The notes under the pieces are model-generated. The model was not told the origin of the DNA, did no database searches, and saw only the letters and a list, made by a program, of their open reading frames with translations. A DNA stretch of 63,906 nt, filler included. It is 6 parts of 6 records of this genome, joined end to end, with 100 filler letters (N's around TTAATTAATTAA, not from the genome) between each part and the next. Parts side by side here need not be neighbours in the genome. Positions count along the whole stretch, not along the records: positions 35,887 to 43,986 come from SRR2962707_2160; positions 44,087 to 51,937 come from SRR2962707_2168; 4 more parts are not named here. One strand, written 5' to 3'. Positions 38,266 through 48,649 of this stretch are shown piece after piece (position 1 is the stretch's first letter; the number at the start of each line of letters is the position of its first letter). Position numbers and translations under genes: made by a program.

Positions 38266-39066
38266 ATGTACCAATCCACGTCAGCGGATCATCAACCAAG
38301 AGTCTGCTTCTTACGCATTGCCACGCTGCTGTTTTTTTCAATAGCCAGCCTCCCGGTCATGGCCGGTGAAGTCAGCCTCGGCGTTGCTGCTAATTTCACC
38401 GACACCACCCGCGAACTGGCCAAACAGTTTGAAGCCAAGACTGGCCACACGGTTTCAGCCAGCTTCGGGTCCACCGGCAAGCTGTACGCCCAGATCCGGA
38501 ACGGTGCGCCCTTCGACGTGTTCATGGCCGCCGATGCACGCAGACCGGCGCTTATTGAGAAGGCGCGGGCCGGCGCCCCCAATACCCGCTTCACCTATGC
38601 CCGGGGCAAGCTGGTGCTTTGGAGCCCGACCCCGGACGCTTTCGGGGACGCTGAGAGCTACCTGGCCCAGCAAACGTTCGCAAGGCTGGCCATGGCAAAC
38701 CCGAAGACCGCGCCCTACGGCCTTGCAGCACAACAGGTTCTGGAACATTTAGGCCATTGGCAGGCACTGCAGGCGAAGCTGGTTCGTGGCGATTCCATCG
38801 CCCAGACCTTTCAGTTTGTGGTCAGCCGCAACGCCCAGGCCGGCTTTGTAGCCCTGTCTCAGGTAACATCCTGGGACGACAAGGAAGGCTCCCTTTGGAA
38901 CGTGCCCCAGGACTATTACCAACCCATTGACCAACAGGCTATCCTTTTGAACCGGGGAACCAGCAATGAGGCAGCCTTGGCCTGGATGGACTTCCTGAAA
39001 TCGAACACTGCCATCGCCACGATCCGGGGCTATGGCTATGACCCCGCTTACGACACGGCTGACTGA
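38266..39066 (+). CDS. modA: Molybdate ABC transporter substrate-binding protein
   Basis: Signal peptide, VAANF, GSTGKLYAQI, ANPKTAPYG, PIDQ. Confidence 0.94.
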   Translation: MYQSTSADHQPRVCFLRIATLLFFSIASLPVMAGEVSLGVAANFTDTTRELAKQFEAKTGHTVSASFGSTGKLYAQIRNGAPFDVFMAADARRPALIEKARAGAPNTRFTYARGKLVLWSPTPDAFGDAESYLAQQTFARLAMANPKTAPYGLAAQQVLEHLGHWQALQAKLVRGDSIAQTFQFVVSRNAQAGFVALSQVTSWDDKEGSLWNVPQDYYQPIDQQAILLNRGTSNEAALAWMDFLKSNTAIATIRGYGYDPAYDTAD

Positions 39067-39746
39067 TGCTTGAAACCTACTGGGACCCGGTCTGGCTGAC
39101 ACTCAGGCTGGCCACGACCACCACATTGTTGCTGCTGCTCATTGGCACGCCCATCGCCTGGTGGCTGGCCCGCTCCCGGCGCTGGCTGCGCCAGCCGGTT
39201 GCAGCGATCGTCGCCCTGCCCCTGGTGCTGCCACCCACAGTGCTCGGTTTCTACCTGTTGCTGGTCATGGGGCCTGACGGCTGGGTTGGCCAGATAACAC
39301 AGTCCCTCGGGATCGGCCTTTTGCCATTTACCTTTGAGGGCCTGGTGGTGGCGTCGGTCATATACTCCCTGCCATTCACCGTTCAACCTCTGCAGAATGC
39401 CTTTGAAGCCGTAGGCGAGGGGTTCATGGAAGCCGCCGCAACCCTTCGTGCCGCCCCGTGGGAACGGTTCCTGTTTATCGCCGTGCCCCTGGCAAGAAAC
39501 GGATTCCTGACCGCCTCCGTGCTCACCTTCGCCCACACCATCGGTGAGTTCGGCGTGATCCTGATGATCGGTGGCAACATCCCGGGTGAAACCAAGGTGT
39601 TGTCGGTGGCCATCTACGACCACGTGGAATCCCTTGAGTACGCCCAGGCCCACTGGCTGTCCGCCGGCATGGTGGTGTTCTCCTTTGTGGTTCTGGTGAC
39701 CCTCTACGCGCTTAACGGCAAAGCCCGCGCGGGAGCTCTCAGATGA
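39066..39746 (+). CDS. modB: Molybdate ABC transporter permease
   Basis: LPLVLPPTVLGF, EAAATL, GEFGV, GGNIPGET. Confidence 0.95.
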   Translation: MLETYWDPVWLTLRLATTTTLLLLLIGTPIAWWLARSRRWLRQPVAAIVALPLVLPPTVLGFYLLLVMGPDGWVGQITQSLGIGLLPFTFEGLVVASVIYSLPFTVQPLQNAFEAVGEGFMEAAATLRAAPWERFLFIAVPLARNGFLTASVLTFAHTIGEFGVILMIGGNIPGETKVLSVAIYDHVESLEYAQAHWLSAGMVVFSFVVLVTLYALNGKARAGALR

Positions 39747-40819
39747 CCGCCACTATCCATGCCCGCTTCCGGTGTGCCTTTCCGGGGTTCGACCTGGACG
39801 TTGACCTGACCCTCCCGGGTACCGGCATTACCGCCCTGTTCGGGCACTCCGGTTGCGGCAAGACCACGCTGCTTCGGTGCATGGCAGGCCTTCAGAACGC
39901 GCCCGGAACCATGACCGTTCTGGGCGAACCCTGGCAGACGGAAGAGTTCGTCCGGCCGGTACACAAGCGCGCCCTGGCGTACGTGTTCCAGGAAACCCAG
40001 CTTTTTCCCCACCTGAACGTCCGCAGGAACCTGGAGTTCGGTTACCGCCGTATTCCCGCCGGCGAACGACAGATCAGATTCGATGACGCCGTTCGCTGGC
40101 TTGGCCTGGAATCCCTCCTGGAGCGCATGCCGGCCGGACTTTCCGGCGGTGAGCGCCAGCGGGTCGCGATTGCGCGGGCACTGCTGACCAGTCCAAGGCT
40201 GTTACTGATGGATGAGCCGCTGTCTGCTCTGGACCGAGCCAGTAAACAGGACATCCTGCCCTACCTCGAGAGGCTCCGGGACACCCTCGCGATTCCCATC
40301 ATCTACGTGTCCCACTCCACGCCAGAGGTCGCCCGCCTGGCCGACCACATCGTGATGATGGAGGATGGCCGGGTGGTGGCCCAGGGCCCGCTGCAGGAAA
40401 CGCTCGCCCGCACCAACAACCCCTTTCGACTGGAAGACGATGCCGGGGTTCTGCTGGAAGGACGGATCGACCATCTGGACCCACGCTGGCATCTGGCCCT
40501 GTTCAGGTTCGACGGGGGCCAACTGTGGTTGCGCCAGGACGACCGGCTGACACCGGGAGACAGGGTTCGTGTGCAGGTCCTGGCGCGGGATATCAGCCTC
40601 GCGCTGGCTGAGCATTCCGACCAGAGCATCCAGAACCTGGTTCCGGCCATCATCGATCAGGTCGATCCGGATGTGGCGCCGGGCGTTAGCCTTGTCCGGC
40701 TTCTGGCGGGGCCAACCCCGCTGTTATCAAGGCTGACCACCCGCTCCGTAGACCAGCTCGGCCTTGAACCCGGCAAGACCGTGTGGATGCAAATAAAGTC
40801 CGTAGCTCTCGTGGACTGA
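39743..40819 (+). CDS. modC: Molybdate ABC transporter ATP-binding protein
   Basis: GHSGCGKT, LSGGERQ, DEP, C-terminal TOBE/Mop ending QIKSVAL. Confidence 0.95.
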   Translation: MTATIHARFRCAFPGFDLDVDLTLPGTGITALFGHSGCGKTTLLRCMAGLQNAPGTMTVLGEPWQTEEFVRPVHKRALAYVFQETQLFPHLNVRRNLEFGYRRIPAGERQIRFDDAVRWLGLESLLERMPAGLSGGERQRVAIARALLTSPRLLLMDEPLSALDRASKQDILPYLERLRDTLAIPIIYVSHSTPEVARLADHIVMMEDGRVVAQGPLQETLARTNNPFRLEDDAGVLLEGRIDHLDPRWHLALFRFDGGQLWLRQDDRLTPGDRVRVQVLARDISLALAEHSDQSIQNLVPAIIDQVDPDVAPGVSLVRLLAGPTPLLSRLTTRSVDQLGLEPGKTVWMQIKSVALVD

Positions 40820-40909
40820 CACCTTTGGCCCGGTGTTTGGCCCGCCCTGCTATCCGGCGTCGGCGCCAGGATGGTTACCCTGACCTGACTCTCAAACACA
40901 GGGCAGGTA

Positions 40910-41797
40910 TTGATTGTGGGCAATCATCAAACACACTGGGTGCACAGCGGCGGGCTCACTATCCATGCCGTTACCGAAGGCCATCCGGACTCGACGCCGC
41001 TGGTGTTGGTTCATGGCTACCCGGACAATCTTCAGGTCTGGGACAAGGTCAGCGCCGCCTTGAGCCAGGAGTATCTGGTGATCCGTTACGATGTCCGTGG
41101 TGCCGGCAAGTCCGGCAAGCCCCGAAAAACCCGGGATTATCGCCTGGCCCTGCTGGCCGACGACCTCCAAGCGGTGGTAGACACCCTGATCCCCGGACGC
41201 GAGTTCCACCTGATCGCGCATGACTGGGGGGCGATCCAGAGTTGGGAGTCCGTCACCGGAGAGCCCTTGCAGAATCGCATTCGCTCCTACACCTCCATTT
41301 CCGGCCCCTGTCTGGACCACATCGGCTTCTGGCTCCGGAAACAGCTGGAAACACCCGGGCTGGCAGGGGCAGCGAAGGTACTCCAGCAACTCACAAGCTC
41401 CTGGTACGTGTTCCTGTTCCAAGTGCCTGTGATCCCGGAAATGATCTGGAAAGCCGGCCTCGACAGGCTCTGGCCAGGGTACCTGAAGCATCATGAGCAG
41501 GTTGCCGATGCCAGGTTCAGCGCCTCCCAGAAGTCCGACGGGCTGTATGGGGTCAAGCTTTACCGGGCGAACTTCCTGACCCGGTTGCTGCGGCCACGAA
41601 CCCGGGTGGCGCGCTGTCCGGTCCAGGTAATCATCCCGACCAGGGACGCATATGTGCGCCCTCAACTGAACGAGCATCTGGTTCGCTGGACAGGAAAATT
41701 AACCCTGCAAACGCTGGATACAACCCATTGGGCGCCACTGACGGAACCCGAAGCCGTATCTCGTGCCGTCCGCACATTCGTGGCTGCGCACCCCTGA
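40910..41797 (+). CDS. Alpha/beta hydrolase (epoxide hydrolase-like)
   Basis: HGYPD, YDVRGAG, AHDWG (Asp nucleophile), HW; start may be GTG 40916. Confidence 0.87.
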   Translation: MIVGNHQTHWVHSGGLTIHAVTEGHPDSTPLVLVHGYPDNLQVWDKVSAALSQEYLVIRYDVRGAGKSGKPRKTRDYRLALLADDLQAVVDTLIPGREFHLIAHDWGAIQSWESVTGEPLQNRIRSYTSISGPCLDHIGFWLRKQLETPGLAGAAKVLQQLTSSWYVFLFQVPVIPEMIWKAGLDRLWPGYLKHHEQVADARFSASQKSDGLYGVKLYRANFLTRLLRPRTRVARCPVQVIIPTRDAYVRPQLNEHLVRWTGKLTLQTLDTTHWAPLTEPEAVSRAVRTFVAAHP

Positions 41798-41813
41798 GCT
41801 GCCCCATACAATG

Positions 41814-41841
41814 AAAAAGGCCGCTGGTTCCAGCGGCCTTT
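41814..41841. terminator. Intrinsic terminator between convergent genes
   Basis: AAAAAGGCCGCTGG-TT-CCAGCGGCCTTT. Confidence 0.8.
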
Positions 41842-41863
41842 CGGGACAGGGTGATAATCGGTT

Positions 41864-42505
41864 TTAGCGGGTACCGTACACCACCATGGTCTTGCCCTTG
41901 ACTCGCACCAGGCCCTGGTCTTCAAGGGTTTTCAGAACCCGCCCGACCATCTCCCGGGAGCAACCCACGATCCGACCGATCTCCTGGCGGGTGATCTTGA
42001 TCTGCATGCCATCAGGGTGGGTCATGGCGTCCGGTTCCTTGCACAGGTCCAGCAGGGTGCGGGCAACCCGTCCAGTCACGTCCAGGAAAGCCAAATCACC
42101 CACCTTGCGGGTGGTCTGGCGCAGACGTGAGGCCATCTGCTCGCCGATGAAGTACAGAACCCTGGGGTCCTGCTGGGCGATTTCACGAAACTTGGTATAG
42201 CTGATCTCGGCAACTTCGCACTCCGTCTTCGCCTTTACCCAGGCGCTGCGCGAATCCATGTTGTCGAACAGCCCCATTTCACCGAAGAAATCCCCAGCGT
42301 TCAGGTAAGCCATGATCATCTCGCGGCCATCGTCGTCTTCAATAATGACGGTAACGGAGCCCTTGACGATGTAAAACAGGGAATCGCTTTTGTCCCCTGC
42401 ATAAATAATGGTGCTCTTGGCAGGGTAACGCCGGCGATGGCATTGCGAAAGAAAATAGTCCAGATGCTTGGTTTTCTGCTCAACCGGCTTGACGATAGTG
42501 GCCAT
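41864..42505 (-). CDS. crp: cAMP receptor protein CRP/Vfr
   Basis: [43 protein letters not shown]; alternative start 42517. Confidence 0.96.
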   Translation of the reverse strand: MATIVKPVEQKTKHLDYFLSQCHRRRYPAKSTIIYAGDKSDSLFYIVKGSVTVIIEDDDGREMIMAYLNAGDFFGEMGLFDNMDSRSAWVKAKTECEVAEISYTKFREIAQQDPRVLYFIGEQMASRLRQTTRKVGDLAFLDVTGRVARTLLDLCKEPDAMTHPDGMQIKITRQEIGRIVGCSREMVGRVLKTLEDQGLVRVKGKTMVVYGTR

Positions 42506-42741
42506 AGTGCGAGTCATGCCTCCTTTGTACTGGCGGGATCCCAATGTTTTTATTCACCCTGCTTTCCCTGCGGGTTTATTCATTATGAGCGCAACTTATA
42601 ACAAGATGGCCCGGTTTCGGCAACCTGAAACATTATAGACCACATCAGCGGGGCTGCTTTTCAGCGGGCTGCTGGTGCTGACGGGATGTGCTAGCATCGC
42701 TGCCAATCGTACGTTATATCCCACTCGGAGCGCGAAATCAG

Positions 42742-43164
42742 ATGAAAGCAACCATTGACTGGACCGGCGACGCCAGCTTCCGGGCAACCAGCGGCAGCGG
42801 CCACTCGGTGCAAATGGACGGGCCACCCGACCATGGCGGCAAGGACCTGGGGCCACGCCCCATGGAAATGATGCTGATGGGGCTGGGCGGCTGCTCGTCC
42901 TTCGACGTCATGAGCATTCTGCAGAAAAGCCGTCAGGACGTCACCGCCTGCCATGCCGAACTCGAAGCGGAGCGGGCCGACACCGTTCCGGCAGTGTTCA
43001 CCCGCATCCATCTGCATTTCGTGGTCACCGGAAACAACCTCAAGGAAAACCTGGTGAAGCGGGCCGTCAGCCTCTCGGCCGAGAAGTACTGCTCTGCGTC
43101 TATCATGCTGGAAAAGGCGGGCGTTACCATCACCCACAGCCATGAGATACGCGACACCGCCTGA
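42742..43164 (+). CDS. OsmC/YhfA family protein
   Basis: GPRPME, GLGGCSSFDV, EKYCSAS; divergent from crp. Confidence 0.9.
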   Translation: MKATIDWTGDASFRATSGSGHSVQMDGPPDHGGKDLGPRPMEMMLMGLGGCSSFDVMSILQKSRQDVTACHAELEAERADTVPAVFTRIHLHFVVTGNNLKENLVKRAVSLSAEKYCSASIMLEKAGVTITHSHEIRDTA

Positions 43165-43420
43165 ACAGGCAAACAACAGGTTCCCACAACGCGGTCACAG
43201 CGGCCTGCCAGTCTGTGGCAAACCGGCGGTTATTACGGATGCTAGAATGTTGCCCCGTACTCTACCCAAATTGAAGGTCGATGTGCATAATACGCACCCT
43301 TCTCCGCCGGTCTGCGCAAAAGGTAAACAATCCGGTCAGTTATCGGTGGCGGCCTTGGTGGCATGCATCAGACAGACATGACCACTGACATTCATCTCCA
43401 GACAATTGGGGGGGCTGAAC

Positions 43421-43986
43421 ATGGAAACCAAACTACAGTTACATGGTTTCAATAACCTGACCAAATCACTGAGCTTCAACATCTACGACATCTGTTATGC
43501 GCAGACCGAAGAGCAACGTGAAGCTTACATTGACTACATCGATGAGATGTACAATGCCGAACGCCTGACCCAGATCCTCACCGACGTGGTCAAGATCATC
43601 GGTGCCAACGTGCTCAATATTGCCCGTCAGGACTATGAGCCCCACGGCGCCTCTGTCACCATGCTGATTGCCGAACACGAACTCAGCAACGGTGAACCGG
43701 ACAACGAGGAGTCACCCGGCCCCCTGCCGGATGCCATCGTGGCCCACCTGGATAAAAGCCACGTAACAGTACATACCTACCCGGAGAGCCACCCCTACGA
43801 AGGCATCAGCACCTTCCGGGCGGATATCGACGTGTCGACCTGCGGTTTGATCTCGCCGTTGAAAGTACTGAACTACCTGATCCACAGCTTCGACTCCGAT
43901 GTGGTCACGGTGGACTATCGTGTGCGCGGCTTTACCCGCGACGTGGACGGCACCAAGCACTACATCGACCACGACATCAACTCGAT
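43421..43986 (+). CDS. speD: S-adenosylmethionine decarboxylase proenzyme (3' truncated)
   Basis: [31 protein letters not shown] cleavage site, STCG. Confidence 0.96.
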
Positions 43987-44086
43987 NNNNNNNNNNNNNN
44001 NNNNNNNNNNNNNNNNNNNNNNNNNNNNNNTTAATTAATTAANNNNNNNNNNNNNNNNNNNNNNNNNNNNNNNNNNNNNNNNNNNN
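43987..44086. other. Artificial contig linker
   Basis: N44-TTAATTAATTAA-N44. Confidence 0.99.
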
Positions 44087-44087
44087 G

Positions 44088-44678
44088 GTTCTGAACCACT
44101 ACGGCGGGAACATGGTTAACTCGTTGACCAACGCTGTTCAGTTCGGTCTGCGCGACAAGCAGGTTAACGGCAAGAACTTCGAAATCGTTGTTCCACTCTA
44201 CTCCGAGCTGATGGCTCGCGGTGCAGGCAAGAACATTGCCGGTATCGTTGGTTCGCAGAACTGGGATTGGAAACTCGAAGACCAACTGGGTTCGCGCTAC
44301 ACAGGCACAAACGCCTTTGTTCAGTCGTTTGGTACCAAGTACGGCTTCCCACCCAGCCAGGCAGCTCAGACCTGCTATGCACAGACGCTTCTGTATGCTG
44401 ATGCGGTTGCCCGTGCCGGTTCGTTCAACCCATGTGCCGTTGTCGAAGCTCTTGAAGGCTTTGAATTTGACGGTCTGGGCAACGGTCCAACGTTGTACCG
44501 TGCTGGCGACCACCAGTGCTTTAAGGACGTTGTCGTTGTGAAGGGTAAAGAGAACCCTGAAAACGAATACGATCTGGTGGAAATCGTCGAAGCCACACCA
44601 GCCGAGAAAGTTACCTATGATGTCGATCACCCGATGTTTGCGGGTGGCGAATTGGGCAACTGTAACCCAGGCGCGTAA
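44088..44678 (+). CDS. Liv-type ABC transporter substrate-binding protein (5' truncated)
   Basis: Open frame from the contig start, biased codon use, precedes LivH/M/G/F-type genes. Confidence 0.85.
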   Translation, partial: VLNHYGGNMVNSLTNAVQFGLRDKQVNGKNFEIVVPLYSELMARGAGKNIAGIVGSQNWDWKLEDQLGSRYTGTNAFVQSFGTKYGFPPSQAAQTCYAQTLLYADAVARAGSFNPCAVVEALEGFEFDGLGNGPTLYRAGDHQCFKDVVVVKGKENPENEYDLVEIVEATPAEKVTYDVDHPMFAGGELGNCNPGA

Positions 44679-44688
44679 GCACAAGTCT

Positions 44689-44714
44689 AAGGCGGAGGGA
44701 GACCTCCGCCTTTT
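44689..44714 (+). terminator. Hairpin/terminator after the SBP gene
   Basis: AAGGCGGAGG-GAGA-CCTCCGCCTTTT. Confidence 0.7.
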
Positions 44715-44767
44715 CTTGCAGGCGGTTTCATCCGCCTTTCACTTATTAAAAATTCGAGGGCCCCGAG

Positions 44768-45799
44768 ATGGACGCCATTCTTTTGCAACTTCTTAACGGG
44801 TTGGACAAAGGCTCAGCTTATGCGCTCATCGCGCTTGGTCTGACCCTGATCTTCGGCACATTGGGCGTGGTCAACTTTGCCCACGGTGCCATCTTCATGA
44901 TTGGTGCGTTTTGTGCTGTCACCCTTAGCAAAATCTTCAGCCTGAGCCATCTGGCCTCAGAGCCGTCGGGCACCGACTTCTTGGGAAAACCCAAGTACGA
45001 AGATATCCTTTACATCAAAGAATGGTTTGGCGAGAGCGCTGGTGCCTGGATGCTGGACTGGTCCGTTCCGCTGTCGATCCTGTTTGCCATCCCCGTCATG
45101 ATCGCCATCGGCTTCATCATGGAGCGGGGCTTGATCAAGCACTTCTACAAGCGCCCCCATGCGGATCAGATCCTTGTGACCTTTGGTCTGGCAATCGTGC
45201 TTCAGGAAGTGATCAAGTATTTCTACGGCGCAAATCCGATCCCCACGGCCGCCCCCGAGGCATTCCGCGGGTCGTTTGATTTCGGCGTGCTGTTGGGCTT
45301 TGATCCCAACGCGATCATCTACCCCTACTGGCGCCTGATCTATTTCGCCTTCTCGGCCCTGATCATCGGCGGCGTCTTTGCCTTCTTGCAGTTCACCACC
45401 TTCGGTATGGTGGTGCGTGCTGGCATGGCAGACCGCGAAACCGTCGGCCTTTTGGGTATCAATATCGACAAGCGCTTTACCATTATGTTTGGCATCGCCG
45501 CCGCTGTCGCCGGATTGGCAGGTGTCATGTACGCCCCGATTAACTCGCCCAACTATCATATGGGCATGGATTTTCTGGTTCTCAGCTTTGTTGTGGTTGT
45601 TGTTGGCGGCATGGGCTCTTTGCCCGGTGCGGTGCTGGCGGGCTTCCTTCTGGGTATCCTGGAATCCTTTGCCTCGATGAACGAAGTCAAAAATATCCTG
45701 CCGGGTATCGACCAGATCATCATTTATGTTGTCGCGATTATCATCTTGCTGACACGCCCCCGTGGCCTGATGGGCCGCAAAGGCGTGATGGAGGAATAA
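44768..45799 (+). CDS. Branched-chain amino acid-type ABC permease (LivH-like)
   Basis: ALGLTLIFG..VVNFAHG, VVVGGMGS. Confidence 0.92.
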   Translation: MDAILLQLLNGLDKGSAYALIALGLTLIFGTLGVVNFAHGAIFMIGAFCAVTLSKIFSLSHLASEPSGTDFLGKPKYEDILYIKEWFGESAGAWMLDWSVPLSILFAIPVMIAIGFIMERGLIKHFYKRPHADQILVTFGLAIVLQEVIKYFYGANPIPTAAPEAFRGSFDFGVLLGFDPNAIIYPYWRLIYFAFSALIIGGVFAFLQFTTFGMVVRAGMADRETVGLLGINIDKRFTIMFGIAAAVAGLAGVMYAPINSPNYHMGMDFLVLSFVVVVVGGMGSLPGAVLAGFLLGILESFASMNEVKNILPGIDQIIIYVVAIIILLTRPRGLMGRKGVMEE

Positions 45800-45802
45800 G
45801 CC

Positions 45803-46993
45803 ATGCTTGGACTAAACAAAAAAGACCTCGGGGTTTTGTTGCTGGTGGCTCTTCTTGCCATGGCCGCACCGATCCTGCTCAACCCCTTCCCGGCCGATTC
45901 CGGTATGGCGCAATTCAACGCGGGTTATCCCGACCTGATGCAACGCTTTGTGATCTTCGGGATTTTCGCCATCGGATATAACATCCTGTTTGGCCTGACC
46001 GGCTATCTCAGCTTCGGACACGCCGCCTTTCTGGGTGTCGGAAGCTACTCCGCGGTCTGGATGATGAAACTGCTGTCGATGAACGTGATCCCTGCTATCG
46101 TTCTTTCGGTCATCGTGGCGGGCCTGTTCTCGGTCGTGATCGGCTATGTGTCGCTGCGCCGTTCGGGGATCTACTTCTCGATCCTGACGCTGGCCTTTGC
46201 GCAAATGTCGTTCAACCTGGCCTATTCGGTGCTGACACCGATCACGAACGGTGAAACCGGTCTGCAAATCTCGCTTAGTGATCCGCGCGTTCTGGACGGT
46301 GCCAATGCACCGAGCTACCCCAACCTATTCGGGGCGCAAATGAACTCCGCGGCCACCCTTGAACTTGGCAGCTGGTCCTTCACCTTCTCCGTTGGCTACT
46401 ACTTGTGTGCCTTCCTCATGCTTGTTGCTTTCTATATCTCGATCCGCATCTTCCGCTCGCCTTTCGGGTTGATGCTGCGTGCCGTGAAATCGAACCAGCA
46501 GCGCATGAACTACACCGGCCTGAACACCAAGCCTTATACACTGGCGGCCTTTGTAATCTCGGGCATGTATGCGGGTCTTGCTGGCGGTTTGCTGGCCTCG
46601 ATGGACCCTCTTGCCGGGGCCGAGCGGATGCAGTGGACCGCATCTGGCGAAGTTGTTCTGATGACGATCCTTGGCGGTGCCGGTACCCTTCTGGGTCCAG
46701 TATTGGGCGCGGGCTTTATCAAGTACTTCGAAAACATCTTTTCCAAGATCAACGATAACGTTCTGCACGGCTGGTTTTCCTTCATGCCAGACGGGCTCGA
46801 AGACTTTATCGTCACGATCATCCACCCCTTCGTGGGCAAAGGCTGGCACCTGACATTGGGTCTGCTGTTCATGCTGGTCGTGATCTTCTTGCCCGGTGGT
46901 CTGGTCGAAGGCGGACAACGCATCGGTCGCATGTTCCGCCGCAAGAAATCTGACCCCAACACGCCTGACGGCGAAACAACCCCTGCAGAATAA
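45803..46993 (+). CDS. Branched-chain amino acid-type ABC permease (LivM-like)
   Basis: [29 protein letters not shown]. Confidence 0.92.
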   Translation: MLGLNKKDLGVLLLVALLAMAAPILLNPFPADSGMAQFNAGYPDLMQRFVIFGIFAIGYNILFGLTGYLSFGHAAFLGVGSYSAVWMMKLLSMNVIPAIVLSVIVAGLFSVVIGYVSLRRSGIYFSILTLAFAQMSFNLAYSVLTPITNGETGLQISLSDPRVLDGANAPSYPNLFGAQMNSAATLELGSWSFTFSVGYYLCAFLMLVAFYISIRIFRSPFGLMLRAVKSNQQRMNYTGLNTKPYTLAAFVISGMYAGLAGGLLASMDPLAGAERMQWTASGEVVLMTILGGAGTLLGPVLGAGFIKYFENIFSKINDNVLHGWFSFMPDGLEDFIVTIIHPFVGKGWHLTLGLLFMLVVIFLPGGLVEGGQRIGRMFRRKKSDPNTPDGETTPAE

Positions 46994-47005
46994 GGAGCGG
47001 ACGAG

Positions 47006-47770
47006 ATGAATATTCTTGAAATCAAAAACGTCAACAAGCGCTTTGGTGGTCTGCAAGCCCTTGGCAATGTGAACCTGAATGTCGCTGAAAACACAGTGCA
47101 TGCGATCATCGGGCCAAACGGCGCGGGCAAATCCACCCTGCTGAACGTTCTGGTCGGCAAACTGATCCCCGATACCGGGTCGGTGATGTTTGACGGGCAG
47201 TCGGTGCTGGGGCGCAAACCCTACGAGATCAACCAGATGGGTATTTCCCGCGTTTTCCAAACGCCCGAAATCTTTGACGATCTCAGCGTGCAGGAAAACA
47301 TGCTGATCCCCTGTTTTGCAAAACGTGACGGGGCATTTGCGATGAACGGCTATAATTCCGTCGGCAGCCAGCAAGACGTCATGGACAAAGCCGAGGAAAT
47401 GCTGGTCGAGATGAAACTGGCGGATAAGCGTCACATGCACGCGGCGTCCATGTCGCGTGGTGACAAACGCCGGCTTGAGATCGCGATGTGTCTGGCGCAG
47501 GATCCACGGCTTTTGCTGCTGGATGAACCGACAGCGGGGATGGCGCGCGCCGATACCAACAACACCATTGATCTGCTCAAACAGATCAAGGAAGAGCGCG
47601 ACATCACCATCGCCATCATCGAACATGACATGCATGTGGTGTTCTCATTGGCCGAGCGGATCACGGTGCTGGCCCAAGGCACGCCATTGGTCGAAGACAC
47701 CCCCGATAACATCAAAGGCCACCCCAAGGTCCGCGAAGCATATTTGGGCGAATCCCAAGTCGCCGCATGA
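47006..47770 (+). CDS. ABC ATP-binding protein (LivG-like)
   Basis: GPNGAGKST, LLDEPTAG, EHDM, VREAYLG. Confidence 0.93.
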   Translation: MNILEIKNVNKRFGGLQALGNVNLNVAENTVHAIIGPNGAGKSTLLNVLVGKLIPDTGSVMFDGQSVLGRKPYEINQMGISRVFQTPEIFDDLSVQENMLIPCFAKRDGAFAMNGYNSVGSQQDVMDKAEEMLVEMKLADKRHMHAASMSRGDKRRLEIAMCLAQDPRLLLLDEPTAGMARADTNNTIDLLKQIKEERDITIAIIEHDMHVVFSLAERITVLAQGTPLVEDTPDNIKGHPKVREAYLGESQVAA

Positions 47771-47813
47771 TGAAGGGCGGGGCCTGCCCTGCACCTCTCG
47801 TAAGGATAGTATT

Positions 47814-48569
47814 ATGAACACGACCCCCGATTTCTCCAATAACGCCAACCACGCGGCGACCGCCCCCGCCTATCTGTCGGTGTGGGATATCCATGCGTAT
47901 TATGGCGAAAGCTATATCGTGCAAGGTGTCAGCTTTAACGTCCACGAAGGCGAAATTCTGGCCCTACTGGGCCGCAACGGTGCGGGCAAAACATCGACCC
48001 TGCGGACACTTGCACAGATCGGTGACCCGGAGCTGCGCAAGGGCGAAGTGTGGCTGGATCACAAACCACTGCACAAAATGGCCAGCCACGAGGCATCTGC
48101 CAACGGCATCGCGCTGGTACCCGAGGACCGCCGTATCATCGCGGGCCTGACGGTCGAAGAAAACCTGCAACTTGCGCAAATCGCCCCGCCCATCGGCTGG
48201 TCGCTGGAACGCATCTATGAACTGTTCCCCCGCCTCAAGGAACGCCGCAAGCAAGAAGGCGTGACGCTTTCTGGTGGTGAACAACAGATGCTGGCCATCG
48301 CCCGCGCCCTGGCGCGTGACATCAAGGTGCTGTTGCTGGACGAACCCTACGAGGGTCTGGCCCCCGTCATCGTGGACGAGATCGAAAAGACGCTTACGTT
48401 GATCAAATCCCAAGGGATCACGACCATTCTGGTGGAACAAAACGCCGTGCGCGCGCTGAAATTGGCGGACCGTGCGGTGATTATGGACACAGGCAGCGTG
48501 GTATTTGACGGCACCGCCGAAGAGGTGTTGAACAACGCCGAACTGCGGGCGGAATACCTCGCCATCTAA
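47814..48569 (+). CDS. ABC ATP-binding protein (LivF-like)
   Basis: GRNGAGKT, LSGGEQQM, LDEP, VEQN; AAGGA RBS before ATG 47814. Confidence 0.93.
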   Translation: MNTTPDFSNNANHAATAPAYLSVWDIHAYYGESYIVQGVSFNVHEGEILALLGRNGAGKTSTLRTLAQIGDPELRKGEVWLDHKPLHKMASHEASANGIALVPEDRRIIAGLTVEENLQLAQIAPPIGWSLERIYELFPRLKERRKQEGVTLSGGEQQMLAIARALARDIKVLLLDEPYEGLAPVIVDEIEKTLTLIKSQGITTILVEQNAVRALKLADRAVIMDTGSVVFDGTAEEVLNNAELRAEYLAI

Positions 48570-48579
48570 AGCGAACAGT

Positions 48580-48643
48580 AGCGGGGGGCGGCGGAATTTT
48601 TCAAAAATTCCGAACCGGAAAATTTGAATTTTCCGCCCCCGCT
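48580..48643. repeat. Nested palindromic element between convergent genes
   Basis: Outer AGCGGGGG/CCCCCGCT arms enclosing CGGAATTTTT-C-AAAAATTCCG and CGGAAAATT-TG-AATTTTCCG. Confidence 0.7.
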
Positions 48644-48649
48644 GCAGCC

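Noticed and set aside
46325-47635. Long antisense ORFs (this one, 26828-27988, 56863-57885 and similar)
   Set aside because: They shadow well-supported genes on the other strand, as expected in GC-rich coding DNA.
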